DNA of 60,033 bases, the filler included, from Sphacelaria rigidula (lineage: Eukaryota): assembly GCA_964200075.2 (NCBI GenBank). It is 9 parts of 9 records of this genome, joined end to end, with 100 filler letters (N's around TTAATTAATTAA, not from the genome) between each part and the next. Parts side by side here need not be neighbours in the genome. Positions count along the whole stretch, not along the records: positions 33,410 to 39,990 come from CAXNAA020019232.1; positions 40,091 to 46,671 come from CAXNAA020019233.1; positions 46,772 to 53,352 come from CAXNAA020019234.1; 6 more parts are not named here. One strand, written 5' to 3'. Under the pieces are notes generated by a model. It saw only the letters and a list, made by a program, of their open reading frames with translations, was not told the origin of the DNA and ran no database searches. Every line of letters starts with the position of its first letter. Positions within the stretch are counted from its first letter, which is position 1. This document shows positions 37,561-50,759 of the stretch, piece by piece. The position numbers were made by a program, and so were the translations under genes.

Positions 37561-37900
37561 ATGGCGACCGGCTCGCGTGCTGCGTCCAGCGTGACGCCCG
37601 TGGTTATGCGGGAAGAGTTGCGATCTCCCCAATACGGGGATGGGTACTCCGAGAGTGTATCCCGCACTTCCTACACCAAGTACTTGGAGCATGAGAAGCG
37701 TGTGGAGCACGCTAACGCAGGGGGTGCTGTACGGCACCAGGTGGTGTCGATGGCTCAACAAGTGCCAACGCATGTGCAGAGAGTTTTTGCTCGTGGGGAA
37801 CATGATGAGAGCACAATCACCCCGCCGCAGTTGGTTGCGGCGATCAGAAAGCATGCTGGGCATGCGGCGGGCGCCGAGGTGGAGCTGCTCGCATATCGCG
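37561..37900 (+). pseudogene. Gag-like N-terminal fragment inside the hAT element
   Basis: SPQYGDGYSESVSRTSYTKYLEHEKRVEHANAGG...VPTHVQRVF...ITPPQLVAAIRKHA; similar to 32130-32620 (minus). Confidence 0.5.
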
Positions 37901-38185
37901 TGACTTTGGTATTCAGCTGTGACTTGCTCATCGTTTTGGCGTTTTCCATGTGTCAAGCTTGTTGCTCGATTTTCGTCCAACGCGCTTTGGGGGTGCTGTT
38001 GTACTGTTGTACTATTTACTATATTATTGTACTGTATTTACGTGCTGACTGGTGGCTGTTGGTGTGTTTGTGCTGTGCTGTGTATTTTCCAGCAGAGCTG
38101 ACAGTATCGACAGTACAGTATAAAAATAGGGTAGGGTGCAGAACAACTACAATTTTTTCATATCATGTGTGTTTGCTTTGCACAG

Positions 38186-38554
38186 GTAAAGGCGTTCAGA
38201 GGAGTCACGGGCTTGAGCATGCTGAAGAGCGAACCCCTGAATAAGGGCGACCCTATCGTGTTCAATGACCAGCCGTCTGGGTAGAAACCCCATGCACGCA
38301 GCTTCCCATTATTGGCAAGAGTAGCCCTTCGTGTGCTCGCCATTCCTGCCAGCTCTGTTCAATCTGGGCGGCTTTTTTCCGTCGCAGGGTACACAGTAAC
38401 CAAAAAGCGGGCCTGTCTTCCCAGCGACAACGTTGAGCCTCTGGTCTTCTTGCGGGCGGTGTGGCCTACACTAGACGCATGGGCTGCGCGGGGAAAAAAC
38501 AAGCGTGTCACAGACAATGTTCTGGCTAGTAGTAGTGCCAGTGCTACGCGCTGA
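38186..38554 (+). pseudogene. hAT C-terminal dimerisation domain
   Basis: ARSFPLLARVALRVLAIPASSVQSGRLFSVAGYTVTKKRACLPSDNVEPLVFLR matches the hAT dimerisation consensus; the catalytic E of the SxERxFS motif reads G here. Confidence 0.9.
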
Positions 38555-39990
38555 CATCGTGAACTTTGTGGAAGTGCTGTATCCTGTTTGACTTGCCAGA
38601 GATTCTTGCAAGTTCATCGGAGTATTGCTTTCGTTCTTGTAGTGTGTTTATTTCGGGGTATTTCTTAGTCCGGCGTCGCTGCTAGCTTTTTGTCAGATAG
38701 TGCGTTTCATTGCTCTTGTCTTCGTCTTCTGCTGTGTTTTCTTGTCCTGTGATCACGTCTGAGTGCGTAGCGAATCAGTGAATAAATGTTAGAGAGTCAA
38801 TAAATCAATCAACTGTGTGCATCTTGTATATCTACGCTTGTGTACCATGTCACCGTCTTCCGACACCAACTCAGCAATCGCTAACGAACCGCCTTCTTGC
38901 TGAGAAATGTTTCCGCTGTCGACTTCAGACGGTGCACAGCATACCCATGGTGCTCTGCCACGTTGCCTGTCTCAAGCTCGCGGCCAGACTTCACCATCGA
39001 TGGCTCGTACTTTAGTTTCGTTCTTCGATCGAAAATCAGAAATACCAGAAAAGACGGTCCTATTATTTTCGATGAAAAATTAAAATGGGCTACTTTGTTT
39101 ATCGAAATTCCGAGCCAAGTGCGCTACGGCTTTGCCCTTGAAAATTTGCACAACTTTGACGTGTTTTTCAGCTCTAGTGCAGCCAAATCGCGTAAAAACG
39201 TGCCTCCGGCACGGCACCTCCAGCGGAGCCCTCCGCGGGCGCCTCCGGCGGGGCCCCCTCTGCCGAGCGGGGCTTCTTGGCTCGCTGCTGCGCCGCTCGA
39301 TGACCAAACCATTATGTATCATTTAAGTGGTTAATGACTGCGCTACGAGTACTTATTCCACTGGTTAATGTTTAGACAAACCATTTCCGAGCCCTAGCAA
39401 TTTGCTTCTTGGCTGTATTAGGGCTACGATTAACGCGCTGCCTTTACCGCGGCCATGTTGTACACTCAGTAATAAAATACCCAATGAACGGTAGCGTATT
39501 GAGATATTCCATCTTCTAGTATTGCGCAAACCGCAGGCTATAGACGATACGTCATTGCCAGCTCGGCGCACGGCAAAATACGACTTGGGGGACAAGCCCA
39601 GTCAAAAGCAGTTCAGATGTAGAAAAGGCGTGAAGGTTACAAGGAGTGAATTGGACCAATGACTACCGAACCGATCAACCATGCGAAAACTGTTATTACC
39701 TTCCACCCGTGCGGAGAGCATTCGGAAGATCAGCCCACTGGACGACCAAATATAACGGTGACTACACTGTTGTCCAACCGCAGCATTGTAACTCCATCAT
39801 GTAACCACAAAAAGGGGGCACCTGGAAATTTCACGCGCGCCCCCCCCGACGTGTAGGATTATCCAGCGTGTTCATATCGCTATTCCACAAGTATATAATT
39901 TAGGAGAGCCACACTTTTTTTTTCTCACACTTTGAACCCCTCCCCTTCCTTCCCTGTCCGTGGTCTCAAGGGATCAACCCATCTCTCCCC

Positions 39991-40090
39991 NNNNNNNNNN
40001 NNNNNNNNNNNNNNNNNNNNNNNNNNNNNNNNNNTTAATTAATTAANNNNNNNNNNNNNNNNNNNNNNNNNNNNNNNNNNNNNNNNNNNN
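39991..40090. other. Artificial contig linker
   Basis: N44-TTAATTAATTAA-N44. Confidence 0.99.
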
Positions 40091-40118
40091 CCCCCCGCTA
40101 AAAAAATCAGGGCAAATG

Positions 40119-40290
40119 ACGGTTTCGGTCAGCGCTGCAAGCCCACACAGTAGGTAAAATGCGCAGAAGAAGTATCTACGCGATCGGAGGGCATTAGGCC
40201 GACAAAAAAGTCATCGGGCACCATCGCTGAAAGTGCGGGGCAAGCACTGTTTTGGGCTTGAACCTCATGTCATCGCACGACCTCATTTTA
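40119..40290 (+). repeat. Repeat family C copy
   Basis: Matches 26004-26158 and 53453-53625. Confidence 0.88.
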
Positions 40291-40367
40291 TAGAGTTGCC
40301 TGTTTCTTGCTGTGAACGCCCTTCAGCACAAAGCTATTGACGTATACTTCGACGGCAGCACAATGCC

Positions 40368-40470
40368 CTGTACTGCACTGTACTTCACTGCACTATATTG
40401 TACTGTACTGTGGTGTGGTGAACTGTACTGTGGTGTGGTGAACTGTACTGTGCTACGCTGCGCTGTGCTC
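40368..40470. repeat. Degenerate (CTGTA/CTGTG)n microsatellite
   Basis: Pentamer repeats are directly visible. Confidence 0.9.
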
Positions 40471-43400
40471 TATCTTGCTGATATGTGCTGCTGGTGCAGT
40501 ACACAGGAGTCCAGATGGTCCATGTACTGGTGCGGAAAGAAGGTTTGAACTTTTTCAAACTTCAGTCGCATCGTTTCATCCATGGCATGGATGGATTTCA
40601 ACACAATCTCTTCCTATGGAAAGATTGAACTCTCTAGATGGTGAGAACACCCTCCTAGTATCTGCCGGTGGCGTCGTGCGAACGCCGTGCTCTGCCATGA
40701 CATCGGAGGTGAGGTTCGACGGGGGGGGGTTGTGTTCGCCCTAGACTGCACGGATTCTGCAAAAGCTCCAAGCAGACAGCACCATTATTGGTGCAACTTG
40801 CGAGAGGAACTGGTTGTCAGTATATAAACACAACTCGATCGTCTTTGAGCCCACTCCTTCCACTTGGGCGATGCTTTCAGGTCCGCAGCTGCATGCACAA
40901 GGTGTGCGAAACCCCGGGGCGAAATTAGGACATTTGCCATCATCCACCGTTTCTCGCGGAGGCGTCTATTTCGCTTTTAAAAAAAGAAATTACTACACAA
41001 CAGATGAATACCGCCAGAGGGTTATGAGCCCTCGCCTCTCTGAGACAGTAGAGCGCTCTGTCGATTGAGCTATGACGGTACGTTGAGGACAGGACAAGAT
41101 CCCAGAAGAGGGTTGAGATGTTGAGTGAGAGACGGGGGGCGAGCAGCGATGACTCGCACCTTGTCTCGGATGACAGACAGACCACAAACCAGTCAAGCTC
41201 ACAGAATACGCTTGTGGTGTGGTGTACAGTCAAGCTCACAGGATGGGAGCTTGGTGGTGTTGTGTGTGTTGGCTTCAAGCCTGGAGCGTACCCGTAGCTC
41301 CGTGGCTTCCAAGGCACACAGACAGACAGGTCGAGATCTTTCGGATCGGACTAGCCGATAGTCGAGGAACATTCCTCGTGACTCGAAGTTTCCTATGGAC
41401 AGGGTCTGTTGGTCTGGTTCTAGACAGAACCAAAGGCATGTTGGGTTCGCATAGCTGGGATTCACACATAACTCTGCAGTGTTACGCCGGGGGTTAGTGT
41501 CACGTTTCCCACCACCTCCCCCCCCCAAAAAAGATGCGACGGAGTCAAAGAAGTGTACAGAGGATTATATCGCAAAAAAACGATGCACAGCTATAGTATA
41601 CATCTGAAGCTACCTTCTCATCGCAGTCTGGCTCAATTCCACCCTGTACAGCTCACAAACGAGCGATGGATACCCCTCGAAAAAGTTGTAACTATTTGTA
41701 TAAGCAAAAAAGTCATTTTTCCAACATGCCCGTCCTTCATGCGACAGAAGTTTTCTTACCGCTGACGAACGTCACCAAGCCGAAACTTTACAGACAGGTA
41801 CAACTAAAGACTAGTCGTCGTTCAAGCCCTAGCAGGCTCCAACGGCGTGTCCAAACAGCGCAATATCAGCAGCAGATGATCTTCACTTCATCCCTACTTC
41901 TAATTTCGTGACAGGACTGCTGGTCGCTAGGAAGTCAAGGACTGGTAGGTCCACATTTTTTCTACACAGAGCAATTTGATTTGTGTCGATAGTTGCCGTG
42001 TGCGTCGAGATATTGCCATCTCGGTGAGGGGTGTTACAACATGTGAGGTGCGGCGTAAAAACCCATCGGGTCATACGAAGGTGGTATCCAAATCGAGCAG
42101 GTAGTTATCGCGCCGCGTGTTTGTAGCGTGGGGAATATCTTCTCCCGCACCCATACATGCAACGCAATCAAGATTGCCCGCCAGTAGGAAAGACGGGACA
42201 AACATGTGCTTGCCGCTGTCGCTGGGGCGGTGCATGAAGCGTGCTTTCGGGATCGCCGCGCATGGTATAACGCACACTCACGTTCTGCCTTTTCCTTTTG
42301 TCGTCAGCGAGACTGTAAGCGGTCGGAAATAAATGGATGATATCGCGGAGACGGCACCAGTGTTTGCTTCGAAGCATCGGTAGTCATATCGACTGTCCGG
42401 TGTGATGCCGACGCAAGTTTGGTGGGAAACATAATATGAAGGGTTAGGGGATGAAGAACATCATCCGATGTTCCTCTAGCGTTCAGCAATTGGAACAGAT
42501 GATCCTCGACGTGGAGGGCAGGAGTCGGGTGTTCCGTTTTGATCACCTGCATCCCCCCCCCCCACTCCCACCCCCCACTCCCCCCGAAAAAAAATCACGT
42601 AGGACCAAGGGTCTGTGAAAATAATCATTCTGGGCAAGTAGGCCCCAAGATCAAAAATTCGAGTCTTTGAGGGGAGGGGGGTGGGGATCACCCAGCTCGC
42701 TGTCCCCTAGTCTATTGCCGAGACGTTGGCGAGTTCGGTCAGATACCGCCTACAGAGATCGTTGGCATGAAGACCGATGAGATGGCGGACACGCCACCCC
42801 CCCCAAGTTCATCACTTACCATGATTACGTTCATGATATGATGTTCCGGGTCGTGGGCCTCGAACACCTACCAGTACTCCGGGCAAGTTTGGCGGGGTGT
42901 GAAGAAAAGTTGCTCCTTTGGCTGCAGGCTATCGCTACCGTGCGCTCGTGTGCATACGTGTGTGTGACGGTGGCCGGCATCCGAGGTCATCATCGAGACA
43001 GAAGAGCGGGCAAGGAGCAAAAGCACATATACGGACCTCGCAAAGCCCACCAAACTTTTCGGTTTTTGTCAGTGTTTCTTGATAAATTTCTCGAAAAATA
43101 TTCACAAAACAATGAAAAAAATCATGCCAATTTTCGAAAAATTGCTCTCCGGGAGGGGGGTGGGGTGGGGGCTACGTTCGAAAATCTTCTCTCAACAGAC
43201 CCTTGGTAGGACCCCAAATTTTTTGTTCTTGGACTTCAAAGTTGTGTGGCGTGCAGTAGTTGTCAACAGTGTGAAGGAATGCAGCCATATTTCGATAAAT
43301 CGGGGTGGGTATGAATATTTTAATTTACCGACCCATCATCCTCAATGAAAAACTTGATCCTCAATTTTCGTGATCGGTTGTTATCGATCGTACGAAATAT

Positions 43401-43599
43401 TCGTGGTGATTTTCCAGTTGTGCAGAACGTTATAGGCGCCGTCTCACCACTGGAATCGATGCGCGCGCGGTGGTCGTGCTGCACAGTACTCCAAAAGGTT
43501 CACTGCAAGACCATGGTTTTATCCTGACTTGTGTTTTATTATTCGTTCCATGAGTACTAGTATGTATCTTCAGGTACAACCCGCGACTTGCCCGATGGC

Positions 43600-46110
43600 G
43601 TCGGCGGACCACCCGCCGTAGACGTCTGCACCCAAGGACGCACCGCACCAAGCACTGCACAACGTCTCCATCAGCCCGACGCACGGGCTATAGCTTCCTT
43701 CTGCAAAAGACAACCGCCAGGATTACATATATACCTCCGAAACTCATCTGCGTGAAAAATGTCTGCAACTTTCTCTACAGCTTCAACCAAAACGTGAAGT
43801 CATCGCCGGGGTCTTTGCCAGCTTCCGATGCCGAATTCTCTCTCTCCGAGCCGCTGCACTCGGAATCTGAATCTCCAGTCTAGATCCCGGCTGACTACTT
43901 CGACCCGCCCTCTGGCAACCATGCATGCCGCCGCCGCGCCCCCCTCATCCACGCGGCGTATATCAGCAAGACGGTCGATGGCGGCCTTCGAGTCGGACCA
44001 ACTCTTCGTGGGTTTGTGTACCCAGTTGCATGGAGAGGCACTTGAGCACCTGCGGCTCCCTCTGCATCATCGGTATCGCCTAGTGGGGAGAATTCGAGCA
44101 TGAGATCAAATGAAGGCGGATGATGCGGGGTATACACTCCGTTGGGCATTTGTTTGCCCTCACACCTTCAATTCATGCCCTTTTGTGACGTGGGCATGTC
44201 GTCTCATTGGATCACCGAATACCTCCCGCTGCGCGCGACTATATATCTTGCATCTCAAATGAGAAAAGCACTCCCGCATCCTCTGCAATGTTTCCACAGA
44301 CGATTCTTCTCCTACTCGCTCACTCGTGCTTTTTTCACGATGGCGACTCAGCACCGGATAGGAAAGAAACAAACGGCGTGTCGAGGGATTTCGAACCCGC
44401 AGCTGTTCAAACTACTTGGCACGAGTGTGTGTGTTGTCGTCCCATCTATTTTGGACGCCGGTCTACACCTGTCGGTACATGTGGGCGCACCAGCCGGGGT
44501 CACACAGGAGGAAGGTCAACACAGGAGTTTTCGTTTTTGTTTTGTTTTAGTACCCCACCTTCCTTCTGCGGTGCTTGCCTTTATTTTTTTGTATCGCGAG
44601 AGGGGTTCAGCAGTACCTTTCCCTCGTCGACCGTGAAGTTGAATTTTACTTGGCACGAGTAAATCCAATTGGATTACCCGGGCGCGGCGCCCAAGTGCAA
44701 ACAAGCTCAAAGTTCATGTCAAGTCAGGTCCAATGTCAAACTATTCTGGTGCCAGACGCAACGCTGCGCCGCATGCATAGGCATGTCATCTTGCCATGTT
44801 TCGACACTAATATCCCGACCACATTTTGAGAGAGAGGCTTCTAAAATTTCGCAGACACGTTAAGACAAAGGGTACCCGAAGATTGACAACCCTGCTCACC
44901 TGAATGAGTTCGATCTCCAAGCATGTGTCGATGTAGCCACCTTCACCTACGATCCTTGGCACCGCGCAACGGAATGCTGCATCGTCGAAGACGGAGAGAC
45001 AACGATCCCATCGCTCGCCGTCCCTGTGCCAGAGGGGTCCCGTCGTGATATTCGCGGCCACCGGCTCACCATGCCGGCGGTGCACGTGCACGAGCGATAG
45101 ATGCCCAGGCAGATTTTTCACAGCCACGCAGGTGGCCGCTAAAGTGCTCACATGTGCACGGGCCCCTGGAACACTCGTCGTCGGCCGAAAATCGCAGTTT
45201 TCCCAAGGAATCGCAACAGCCCTCAACGCAGGGGCCATGAGATGTTTGTCCAACCTCCACTTCACGTAGAACTACTCCCGCTTGTACCGCATCAACTTTG
45301 TCTTGCAGAATCCGTGGGCGGCAATGCAATCGATGACAACCATGCGTGTGCCATGCATTTTCAACACCTGCGCTTGATGGAAGTCGTGCTTTGCTCTGAA
45401 CCCTCGGCCTGAAGCAGTCTTGACGAGGTTTTTGCGCGACCGTGTACATCCTCCCAATCTGCCCCTCCTTCCTCTTTCTCATCTTCTTGCGTAGCACCTC
45501 TGCTCGCGGCGTCGATCCATGTGTACTTGCGCCGGCGTGGGACATCGCCGATCCCCGTTGAACTGCGCCCCCGTGTTCCCGTTGTGGTGTACCACCAGAC
45601 CCGTTCGCGGTGCCCACCAAACCCGCCCCGCCATCCCACGCCGCCGACACGGCGATATCATCCGCCGCGGCGGTGCGGGGCGCATGAACATAATCCCTTT
45701 GCTTACCACTCCTTGCTTTCTCCACGGTCGGAAAAGCAAATCCGGGTCACTACTCGACACATTTAAACGGCATAGACTGCTCAGCAATGCCAACAGTGCC
45801 GGCGGCGTATCATCCGTCAGAAAATGATTCATGGGTTGAATGTTCCTCGATATGTCGGCGGCATATTTCTGGTCCCTATTCCACGATATATCCCTCAGTT
45901 CTTCTGCGCTTCCAATGTCTATCCTGACTATACGGCCCGTTTCTCCTCCGCCGAACCGGCAGTTGTCACCTGTTGGAGTGCGGGTTCAACAGGCTGACTA
46001 CTCTCGATCTGGGTGGTGAGGCGGGAGACGGAACGCCCCAGTTCTCGTACCCTGGCACGCATGTTGCGAAGTTCAATGTAGGCCGCCATGCCTACCTCGG
46101 GCGCCATCAC
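43600..46110 (-). pseudogene. Degenerate multi-exon coding remnant, possibly a transposase (DUF6589/Academ-like)
   Basis: Stop-interrupted protein-like frames: MAPEVGMAAYIELRNMRARVRELG..., TPPALLALLSSLC, VAIPWENCDFRP, FDLMLEFSPLGDTDDAEG, VVSRDLD and FRRYICNPGGCLLQKEAI. Family assignment is tentative. Confidence 0.35.
44380..44640 (+). repeat. Interspersed repeat family D
   Basis: GTGTTGTCGTCCCATCTATTTTGGACGCC...GGTCACACAGGAGGAAGGTCAACACAGGAG...CCCTCGTCGACCGTGAAGT; inverted copy at 46160-46420. Confidence 0.88.
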
Positions 46111-46159
46111 GGAAGGAACGAGATAGATAAACACGCACTGACCATCGCATGCAATCAAA

Positions 46160-46420
46160 GTCGACCTCACGGTCGACGAAGGAAAGGGAGTGCTGAACCC
46201 CTCTGTCGATAAATTTTAAAAGAAAAATGAGGGAAGACCGCAGCAGGAAGGTGGAGAACTAAAACAAACAAATAAAAAAGGACTCCCTGTGTTGGCCTTC
46301 CTCCTCTGTGACCTCGGCTCGTGCGCCCATATAGAACGAAAGGTGCAGAATGGCGTCCAGAACAGATGGGACGACAACACAGACACAGAGACAGCAAATA
46401 CAGACGTTGCTCAGCCAAGG
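46160..46420 (-). repeat. Repeat family D copy
   Basis: Reverse complement of 44380-44640. Confidence 0.88.
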
Positions 46421-46574
46421 CTCGACGTACCCCTACCACCTGCCGTGCAGCCATAGTATACACAGCTTGTGCACAAGCCGGGAAAAGCCGTTCATGCACG
46501 TGCTGCACAGTACAGTGCCTACTATCGTCATTATTCATCTGATCAGGGGGGTACCAACCCATCCAAAATGGGGT

Positions 46575-46610
<36 letters not shown>

Positions 46611-46671
46611 ACCCCAACGACTTCGAGGGGAGGGTGGGGGGGGAAAACAGATGGTGTAGAAGCGCCGGCAG

Positions 46672-46771
46672 NNNNNNNNNNNNNNNNNNNNNNNNNNNNN
46701 NNNNNNNNNNNNNNNTTAATTAATTAANNNNNNNNNNNNNNNNNNNNNNNNNNNNNNNNNNNNNNNNNNNN
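46672..46771. other. Artificial contig linker
   Basis: N44-TTAATTAATTAA-N44. Confidence 0.99.
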
Positions 46772-46940
46772 GGGTTCAGGCTGCATGAAGCGCCTCATGT
46801 TGGCGACATTGGCTAGAACGAATCCAAGCGCGGGAATTCCCAGCTCCTCGTTGTGCTCGTCTTTTCCCATTTCGATTTACGTGAAGGTTTTGCCTCCCAA
46901 AACCATGCACTTTTTTCGGGGGGCTATCGTAGAAAGTGTC
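46772..46940 (+). mobile_element. Right half of the 4-bp-TSD MITE
   Basis: Ends GGGGGCTATCGTAGAAAGTGTC, the same TIR as 21982-22251. Confidence 0.85.
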
Positions 46941-47926
46941 AGGCGGAAGTGTGACCGCTGACAGGAAGAGGGATTTCCCACCTGCGGCTACCGGCCTAGG
47001 GGGTGGAGGACAGTCAACAACCAGCAGAGGCGACGGCATATCCACTACCGCTGGACGCTCTATCACCATCAGAATCATCATCCAGCGGCCAGTCGTCATT
47101 AACATCGCCCTCGCCATCTCTCGACGACCGATCAGCATCTGCGTCACCATCATCTCGCAGCAGCATATCATCAGCACCTGCATCGTCCTCCAGCAACAGC
47201 AGCGACGCCATTCCTGATGGAGATGATGTGCCAGCGCAAACACGCAACGTGCTGAGACAGCTTGAGGCGTACAAGGTGGGCCCACATGACGATCAAGAAC
47301 GCAGGGAGGGCAGGACGCGAGCACAAACTCGGGCGCTGAACTAGCAACAAGCGATCGGTTTGCTAACTTCGGTGGGGCCCATCAACGGGGGCCAAACCTT
47401 GCGTGCGCTGATTGCTGAGCAGAGAACATTGAAGAAGAAGCCGAACGAGATACCTGTCGGACATGCCAAAGAGCCAGAGCCCACAATGATTGCCGAAGCA
47501 CGCGCCTGTGCACATGCTGACCTTTGGGAGGGGGCTATGAATATAGAGTTCGAGGGGTTGCTTGCTGCAGGGAGTTTTACCTTAGTGGGATCGGTTCCGG
47601 AAGGGAGTAACCTAGTAAAGGCTGAATGGCTTTTCAAGTGGAAAACTGATGTCAACGGTGAAATCTTGAAGGCAAATGCTAGGCTTGTAGCAAAAGGGTT
47701 TAGTCAACGGTACGAGATTTATTACCTGGAGGTGTTTTCACCTTCTGCGAATGCTGCAACAATTCGTCTCCTCGTAGCGTTGGCAAACACGTATGGATGG
47801 GATCTTAGTCATTTCGACATCGAGCAGGCGTTCATTCAGTCGGATTTGGACTATGATATATATATATATATATATGAGGCTGCCCCCAGGTTGCGGATCA
47901 ATGCCAGGAAAAATTGTCCACCTTAA
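46941..47926 (+). pseudogene. pol: Ty1/Copia pol fragment: integrase-RT linker and reverse transcriptase (RVT_2) N-terminal half
   Basis: EPTMIAEA...WEGAMNIEFEGL...AEWLFKWKTDVNGEILKANARLVAKGFSQ...FSPSA..TIRLLVALA...HFDIEQAFIQSDL..IYMRLPPG; a (TA)n expansion at ~47855-47875 shifts the frame. Confidence 0.93.
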
Positions 47927-50759
47927 TATGTTACGGATCGCGGCATGGCGTGGTGGATAAAGGGTAGTACGGTAATGGGCCATCGGTTCCAAAACGACAC
48001 TACGCCCGGAGGGCTGATTGCGGGAACTGGCTAGTACCGCAATCAGGGGTGAAGGCGATGTAATCCGTCAAGAGACGAAATACATAAACATGCCTCTTTA
48101 CATCTGGTTGGATTCGGTTCTTTCCAAGGATCGATTCAACCAGCACCCTGGTGTTCACTTCTTCTGAAGTACAGAATTTTTCTGAAGTACCAAGTTAACA
48201 CCACCAAGAACGAAAAAGAAATCGAATCGGCCTGAAGCTGTGATCAAGAATATCCTAAGCTCGTCGTGTATCGTTCTGCGTTGGACTTTCCCACGTGCTG
48301 TGAGCTCACGAATTGTTTCAGGAATAACGGTGAGACTGTGAAGGTGTTTGATTCAAGTAGTGAGCAGATGCATGAAGGTCGACATGATAGTAAAAACGAA
48401 CTGATGCACAAACAAATGATGCCATGCGTAGTCATATAGTAAAAGTGAGTCGTGTTCGCATGAGCTAGCGAAACCTCGTAACCTATATGACCGAAATGCT
48501 ATTGCTGCTTCGCTCTAGTACTAGACTTGCGCAGCAAAGATACGCATGTCAACAACAACTATGAACAACACTATTCTGTTTGTAACATGGTGCTTCCAAC
48601 CGGGACCATTGTGTCGACTGTTGTCACCCGTGACGTATTGATCACTCCTCTTGCGATCTCCGAAATGCGCTTTTTCAACGAAGCATTAGCCACTGTGATG
48701 TTTCGGTCCCCATATATGAAAATTCGTCGTTCGTCTCGAACGATAACCCCGAATGTGATGACGAATTTTACTGCCTGTGAATGAGCCGCGGAACGAACTG
48801 GTCCTTGGTCAATCCCGTGTGCGCTTGAACGCGCTGTCGGCTGTGCTTATCCTACGGCACCTGAAGATGCGTGCCCACAGCGTTAACGCAGCGGTTATTG
48901 CCAAACAACTGAGTTTGATGTTTGGGATGCGCCCGTAACAGCGGTTACAGCTGTTCAGGTGATGTTCATACTGCATACCATACAGTCAACATGAAATATT
49001 CGTATAGTCTATACATTTTATTGCATAACTGCGGATGATTCGAAAGTGCAACTAACCGCGCTGCCTCCCTCACTCGAGTTCATGTATTTGAAGAATCTGG
49101 CGATGTGGTCAGCCAACCTTACATTTGTCATAACAAGCTATAACCTGTGGAGGGAAAGAAAATGGTGGCTCGAGCTGAAGACATCGTGCTATCCGCTTTG
49201 GGTTGATATCATGATTCACTGGATGATCGCGTAGATAACGCTTGCCTCATGCTGCATCTCGGTAAGAGCCAATGTTATTGAACCGTGAATGCTGTCAAAC
49301 GCTGGACTGTTTGTTCCTGTAGCTTGATATATACCGAACTGATGCGCTGATGCTGTCGCTCCGAGGCAAGCTACCGCATGCGTGCAACGGTTATTCTTGT
49401 CTACGGGAGGCTGCGTTCCTACGGCATCTATGCACGCCTGCAATGTGTCTGTAGCAAGCGCACACGCGAATGCCTCTATCATGGTCCAGGGATACAATTG
49501 CAATGTTGTCCGCTGGACTTTGAACTTGCAGATCACTGTCCATACAGCTGAAATCCGGCTACCTAGACTGTTTTCATCTACTGTCTGTTGCCGTTGAACT
49601 GGGGGTATTAAAGCAGGTCATCTGTCGTGTGCACCCCATCACCTGAAATAGCGTTGTCACAATGTTTGTACAGTGCACGAACCAGGCTGATACCCATGTT
49701 CCTGTAACCTGATGCGGCGTGCTGTTGTTATTTTCAAGCCACCAGTTATCCCTCACCATTATCCTACATCAATCGTGCCTTACCGTTCGGCCAGACATGA
49801 CCTAATGTTGCTCAATACCGATGCACTTGACTGTTGAGCCAAATCTAAGCATTTCCCGTACATTTCACGATGTAAATGCGGAGTATTTTGAGATTCATCG
49901 CGGCATGAACATTTGTGCATTGCGAGTGGACACCTGGTGTTGAGCAACCGTACTGTGTTGTACTGTACTGTACTACTGCTCTGTACCGTTGTACTCGAAT
50001 CGCAATACACACAAGTTCGCACCGATGCTCGTCGCTCTGTTCGAGTGCAATGTGGGTACCGATACATGCGATGCTGAAAATATACATGCTGTACTGCAAA
50101 ACGAAATGTGATCAGGGTCCGAAATTAGATCCTTCAAGGAGCTGTGGGCTGATACAACTTGAGACTTACTCTACACACCACATCACGGTTGTCGCTGGGA
50201 TAGAATGATTTTCTACACCGCTTTGCTATATTCTTCGATGCAATACCTGCTGTAAGCCCAATTTCTGCGGTGCAATGCAGCTGAAAGGAGCGACGCTATG
50301 CTGCCTCGCACATCAAGCTTGCTGTTTACTGTATTTGCCACACGTGCGTTTGCACTGCGACTCAAAATGAAGTGAAACCACTGTACCTGTTTCACAGTTT
50401 ACCGACACCAGCTAAGCTTGAAGTTTGAAGTTGTTCACCCCAAGCCTGCGCAATGATACCCCTGCAGCTCCGTCCTGAAACAACCGTTGCGATTGGTAGT
50501 GATGGTGCTATAAATGATGGCTGTTTGTATGCGATATACATTATTGCCTGGATGCCACGTCTATCACTTTCGAAAGTCACAGACACACGGTAGAGTACTT
50601 CAGGGTCCAAAGGTTGCCGGGCCGCGATCTTTTTCGTGCATTCAGGCACTTTAGCTGCGAGTGACGTGCTTCCAATGGAGGCGCGAATATCCGCGTGCTA
50701 CAGTCACATGCAGAAACGGGATAGGGCATGCGAACTAGGTTGGATTTTTATGTCAGTTT

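Larger units (their letters stand above)
35891..39396 (+). mobile_element. Degenerate hAT DNA transposon (candidate TIR boundaries)
   Basis: Left TAGAGCTCGGGAATGGT and right ACCATTTCCGAGCCCTA are inverted (15/17 match) and enclose BED-finger and hAT dimerisation remnants. No clean 8-bp TSD. Confidence 0.55.
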
